64,000 nucleotides of DNA, taken from the NCBI GenBank assembly GCA_973895155.1, contig OZ316897.1:1925312-1989311 (forward strand). The letters are read 5' to 3'. Of the stretch, positions 58,590 through 64,000 are shown piece after piece. The number at the start of each line of letters is the position of its first letter. Positions within the stretch are counted from its first letter, which is position 1. The position numbers were made by a program, and so were the translations under genes. The DNA is from Marsupella aquatica (Eukaryota > Plantae > Marchantiophyta). The notes under the pieces were generated by a model, which saw only the letters and a list, made by a program, of their open reading frames with translations, made no database searches and was not told where the DNA came from.

Positions 58590-61500
58590 GCTGGCACATG
58601 CTCACCTGGGGTGCCGATGGGAAAGAAACTGACAAGAAAAAGAAATGGCAGCCCCAAGGCTAGGAAATGAAACCCACAAAGGAAACAAACAATGTGAGGC
58701 AGAAATGTGTAGAATGTGTAAGCACCGAGAAACCGTCAAAGTCTATGCAGATGACATATGGCGGCAACAAAGAAATCCGGGAAAAATGGGCCCTTGAAAA
58801 CGTGAATAGGGGCCCCCCTTAAATGTATACACATTGGACCTAAATTTCCCCCGTTGTGTATACACATCGCATGTCAGAATAAACGGCCAAGTGGGGACCG
58901 GCGCATACGGCCCTATGCAGGGTGTGGCCCTGTGTAGGTTGCGCAATGAACGGCGACCACGGCCGGTAAGAAAAGTCAACCGGAAGCAGGTCGCAACCAG
59001 AAAGAAGTAGGTCACGGCCCTATGCACTCCCGTATGTGTATACATAGGGGAGCGGGTGGCAGGGAGAAAGAAAACAGCCAAAAAATGGAGGACCGGACAC
59101 GAACTGACGAGGCAAAAAGAAAACAAAAAATGTGAGGCAAGCAAAAAGAAACCGGCTCCTTGATGGGGTCGAGCCCTGCATAGGGCTTTGCACCCCCCCT
59201 TCCTTGCAAGCTTTCAAAGAGGAGCTACGAGCCCCTCCCCTCCTTAAATGATTCCTTTTGGGCCTCGTGCCCTCACAGTAGGACTCCCGTGAGATGGGAG
59301 TCAAATCTCTCCCCACTTTCCTCCTTTAAATGCCCTCCTTGAATGCTCCTTGAATGCCTGGCAGAAGGACTCCTGAGGGAAGGAGTCGTATGTACTCCCT
59401 CCTCCTCTTAATGCTGCACCATGGGGGCTTGCGTTCCTACCTTGGCTGAGTTGGCTCCCCCTCCCCCTGCTTTAATGCTGCCTAGGGCCTCGTGTCCTCT
59501 CCTAGCGCTCCTTCCCCTTCCTCTGGCTGCTTGTGTTCAGCTCCCCCTCCTCTCCTCGCGCTTGTGCTCCTGCTCGGCTCCCCCTCCTCGCGCTTAATTA
59601 AATGCTGGCCGAGATGCTGGCAATGGGCGAGGAGGAAGAAAAATGCCAAAGGGAGGGCGCGCGGCCCTATGCGCAACCCAGGGGCAATGATGAGCCCCGC
59701 ATGTGTATACACAGGCAGGACTGGGAGGCACCTCGCGACGGTAGCTGCGAGGGGAGGCAAAATGAAACAACGGCCGGTGAGGGAAAAGAAAGAACGGGAC
59801 CCCAAAGGGTCATGGAAACGTAAGGCGAAGGGAAGGTGGTCACGCTGCGACCGGAAAACACCAAATATGGCCCGAAAAAGGTCGTGGCAGTCAGTAGCCG
59901 GCAGCCATAGTTGAAAGCAGCAAAGGGTCCCCGGATGCAACCGGAAAGCAAAAGTCGGGCTCCAACGGGAGCGTTATGTGTATACTTATGTTAAGTATAC
60001 ACATAACACCATATTAATTTCAACCCGTCCCTCCATTGTTGATCAAAGAAATTGCACCGGCTTTGACAAAAATTGTCTGGACCGACATAGCAGCTGAGAA
60101 GCACAACGTCTTTGATCTTCTTCCCTCACCACAGTTCTTCTTGAATAAAAGGCGTAAGAGAAACAAGCGTACTGAAATCGAATCGAAAACCGGCGAGATG
60201 CCAAGATCGGCCGGGAGCATCTAACGAATCACTATGTGAATCCCGTGTACGGAACCGACGAGCACTGTCTGAGCTCTGTCAACAGCGATTCAAGAAGAAC
60301 TAATAACCAACAAAGAAAGACATGCCCTAAGTAAACAAAGTCCTGGCGTCACACTAACAAGCGCGTTTGCTTCAAGAACGCCTGGAATTTGCTATAAGAA
60401 CATGTCGCTAACTCAAGTAGTACACTAGCCCTAACTACATACCTAGTGGGCATGCGAGGGACATGCCGATGTGCACAAGAGGCACTGTCCCTCGGCATGA
60501 CAGTGGTTTCAGAGTTTCTTTGAGAGTAAGTAAAGAGGATATCAAAAAAGGCCTTCTGAAAACATAGATTCCTTCCTTATCACCCTTGGCCACTTAATGT
60601 CACCCATCAGATTCGCATTCAAATGTCTTCCAAACTTTCCAACTTGCACCCCCACCTTTCACACCCCAGAGTCATGGTGTAGAGGCTTCACTCTAGACCT
60701 TGGGCCTTGAGAGCAACTTTCAATCCCAATAATATAGTTAGCTAAGAGTGACAAAAATCATCAAGTCTTTTGTGTGTAGAGAAGAGAGCCACCTCCAGGT
60801 TTGTCTAGAATGATGTCAAGTATTTTGTGTGTAAAGGGTTTTGGTGAGACCTACTTTAGAATGGGGGTTTGTGTAAAAGTTGGTTGAGTGATGAAACTTG
60901 AAATCTGGATCTCACTTGCTGCAATGAAGACTGTTAGTGCTGGGCAATGCTTGTTAGGATGACTACTGTGGAGCAAACTTTGCAGTTATGTGGATCCATC
61001 CATCATAGGTGGTGTTTGGAAATTTGAAGACATACCACCTAGTTTCTTCACCTTTTTTGTACGTGATGGGCAGTGCGCAATAACGGGCATTGAGCGGTGG
61101 GACCCAATGAGAAAATAGACAATGACAACCTAGGAACCCTCATCCAGGATTCAATGAACTATTCTAATTTTTGCAAACCAAAACAAACAAGTTTTGGTGT
61201 CGTGCCGATGAAAAAGATGCCCCGGCAGACTGCTAATGAACCCCATGGATGGTGACTCCCCTTACACCCTTATTTGCTGACACTTTTCATGCTTCCCAAA
61301 ATGAATTACTATCAATTTTCCTCTTCAATTTCTCCTCTGCTGTGCAGCCAAATCAGCTATTCTTGGGTTAGTTAGAAACAGCTTCGAAAGATCTTTCTAA
61401 TGAGCCTAATATCTTCCAGCTTTCATTAGGTGAGAGTGAGAGCTAGATTTCTCCAAAGAACACTCATGCACCATACACTTTTCACTTCCAAAAGTTTTTA

Positions 61501-61809
61501 GCAGCAAACTTTTCCCTTCAATTTTACCTTCAACATTCAATCAAATTCGTTATTGTTCTCAGACCCGCATGGAAAGATTTTCTGAAGGAGCCTACTGTCT
61601 CAAACTCAGATTAAGATTTATAGATCTTCAAACTTCCAAGATGGTTCTTGGTTTTTTGTCACATTTCACTCTCTGGTGAAAATAGGTATCATATGAGAAT
61701 AATGAGGGTTTCCCACTTAGACTTGCCTTTTTTGAATTTTAATAGAAATGAAGACAAAAGTCATCAGGCATATTGACATACATAACACCCATCTTTCTTT
61801 CACATAAAT

Positions 61810-62580
61810 TTTGGTGGGGCCCTAGAGTCACAGCCTAGAGGCTTCAGTCTAGAAGCCTAGACCCTAACTCTAGCTTCGCATAGAGATTAGTTATATAGAT
61901 GTTGGTAGGGCCCTAGAGTCAGATGTTGGCAGGACCCTAGAGTCACTGCCTAGAGTCTTCACTCTAGAAACCTAGACCCCAACTCTAACTTCTCCTGGCA
62001 ATTAGTTATAAGATGTATGTCCATCTTAGCTTCTTTTACAATGCAAAAGTCTACACTGGAATTGTGTAGTTTGTCTGTGGGCTGAGCAATCTATAGTAAT
62101 GTCTCTATGGTTCCCAGATTGAGTACTGTGCCTGCACAGGGCTGAGAAATCCATGTTGGCCAATAAGCTACAAATGTGGTTAACAAATATGTTTTTTTTT
62201 TTGTCTTGAAACCGAAAGCTGACCCATCCAACAGAGGATAGACCAATAAGCTACAAATGTGGTTAACGAATATGTTTTTTTTCTTTTGCCTTGAAACCGA
62301 AAGCTGACCCATCCAACAACAGAGGATAGACGATCAACTCCAGAGCATGCACCTCTATAGGGTAGCCCACAAGGGGGTCATACCCAGGAGCAGGAGGGAG
62401 AGAGGGTTGGACCCCATCCAACAGAAAATAGAATCAACTCCAGAGCATGCACCTCTGTAGGGTAGCCCACAAGGGGGGTCATACCCAGGACCAGGAGGGA
62501 GAGGGTTGGACACCTCTGTAGGGTAGCCCACAAGGGGGTTCATACCCAGGACCAGGAGGGAGAGGGTTGGACCAGAACCC
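61810..62580. repeat. Cluster of local duplications and tandem repeats
   Basis: gccctagagtca units (61818-61960); about 83-bp duplication ccaataagctacaaatgtggttaac..gaaaccgaaagctgacccatccaaca (62160-62330); cacctct(a/g)tagggtagcccacaagggggtcatacccagga..gagagggttgga x3 (62350-62572). Confidence 0.88.
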
Positions 62581-64000
62581 AAAGAGGACCAGCCAGGGCT
62601 GAAGAGAAACCAAAACTTCCTCTTGCCTTGTATGTCCCTAAACTCAGGACAGTGGATAGGCTGCGGCCAGCGAAGTTATTTTCTGAAACTTCAATTTTAT
62701 TCTCAGACTTGTAATCTGAGCTTTTGTATTTGGAGATTCACTCATCAAACAGCTCTTAGTGCAATCTTTCCGTCCAACATGGCGAGGAAATTGTTGGAAG
62801 GAAGCCAAATTCAAAAGAAAATGAATGAGACTTCTACTTCACAATCATCACCTTTACAGCCCTGCGTACTATCCAGAAGAACATTCTTCACGCAAAGTAT
62901 CTGGTGGCAATTCTAAGGAACGGATGAGCACAATCATCGTGGCCGAGAAAGTGACACTGAAGACATTCGTCATAATGACCACCGTGTTCAAGCCATCGAG
63001 AAGACGGGGAAACCCAGAAACTTTGGCTTATATACAGGACAGACAGGATTCCCAACTCAATGGTCAAACCAAACAGCTTTGGTGCGTTGATACCTTTCCA
63101 CAAAATGGCTGCTTAATTAGGGTGAGGTGGATAAGTGCATTGTCCCAACAATTACAGAGAACTTCGATACTTTGGAGAAGGCAGAGACATTCCCATCTTC
63201 GTGAAGAAGGTTGGTAACCTTGCTCACACCAGGCATTCAGATTTAATTTGTTCCCCATGGGCAGAGGTTGGGCCTTGACCTGTCCACCGCAACTTAAAGC
63301 AGATGAGAGACTATACTGGAAAGGTTTTCCATGTACCAATTGCAACATACATTGGACCATCCATTGGCATAGACGTTAAGAGTAAAAACCCAGACCTGCG
63401 GAGGAAAGAATGGGCAAAATTTCACTAGAAATGCAAGACAGATGAATTAAAACTTGAGAATCTTCCATCGTTAAACTTTTCGTATGCTCATTTGAATTGC
63501 TCAATGGTCAAGAATGTCGAACCGCCTTTCATAATAAATTACAGCAAAAGCCAAGTTTACTAGCTTCTGGACTGGGCCTATGGGGACATCTCTAGTTCAA
63601 GGTTCTTCCCGGATCACTAACAATTAGTTTCACGGATTAATTACAGATGTTCTTCTATTCCTCTTAGGTAACAAAACACACGGCTCAGACTTCCACACTA
63701 CCAGTCGGAGATGGCAATACAGGAGGCTCAATTGCAGCCAGAAATAATCAGTCGTGCAACAAATACTCGAGGCCACCAGACATTCTACTCAGCCTCTGGT
63801 GAAAATGCCAACTTCAATGCGGTGAGTAAGTGAGGAGTCTCCTGAAATGGACAGTCAAAATTGTGCTTGTTCTTGCTATACAATAACCATCATGAAACCA
63901 TCACCTCGGGCAGAGGCTTAGGCAGCTGCATTCCAACCATGTGCGCCGGTACGTCCCTCCCACTTCGGTGCTGTAGTCGTTGATGTAAATTCTCAGCTAT

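Larger units (their letters stand above)
51173..60007 (-). mobile_element. Decayed Ty3/Gypsy-type retroelement encoding a C5 DNA methyltransferase and a PHD-finger integrase (boundaries approximate)
   Basis: Collinear minus-strand domains gag/CCHC - PR - MTase - RT - RH - INT - PHD; G11 PPT-like run at 51173-51183; GC-rich 5' leader ending in a perfect hairpin at 59973-60007. Confidence 0.9.

Noticed and set aside
60020-64000. Possible decayed transposon or gene in the last 4 kb
   Set aside because: No recognisable motifs or termini; only short ORFs and local repeats.

Overview
Eukaryotic land-plant nuclear DNA, most likely a bryophyte. Liverwort-like F-box and psbB sequence suggests this, but it is an inference. 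Host genes are three spliced housekeeping genes (plastid KASIII/fabH at 19705-22946, the CDKAL1/MtaB-type tRNA methylthiotransferase at 35529-40409 and mitochondrial ribosomal protein uL4m at 47243-49739) plus an intronless F-box gene. They sit in a transposon-rich background. The standout feature is a decayed Ty3/Gypsy-type retroelement on the minus strand (about 51.2-60.0 kb). Its single reconstructed polyprotein reads gag - 2x zinc knuckle - protease - C5 cytosine DNA methyltransferase - RT - RNase H - integrase - PHD finger, so the element carries both an epigenetic writer and a histone reader. Its seven nonsense codons all look like C-to-T changes in CAG/CGA, and no paired LTRs are visible. 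Second, a very young Ty1/Copia element (identical 475-bp LTRs, GCTTT TSD, tRNA-iMet PBS, PPT) has gag and pol in one frame separated by a single TGA. It is inserted into a 5'-truncated CRE-like non-LTR retrotransposon (RT plus restriction-like endonuclease), which itself lies in a short tandem-repeat array that also holds two MITE/MULE insertions. Also present: a solo LTR, a long-TIR foldback element, an orphan Copia gag ORF, a plastid psbB fragment, a LINE 3' remnant and several satellites.
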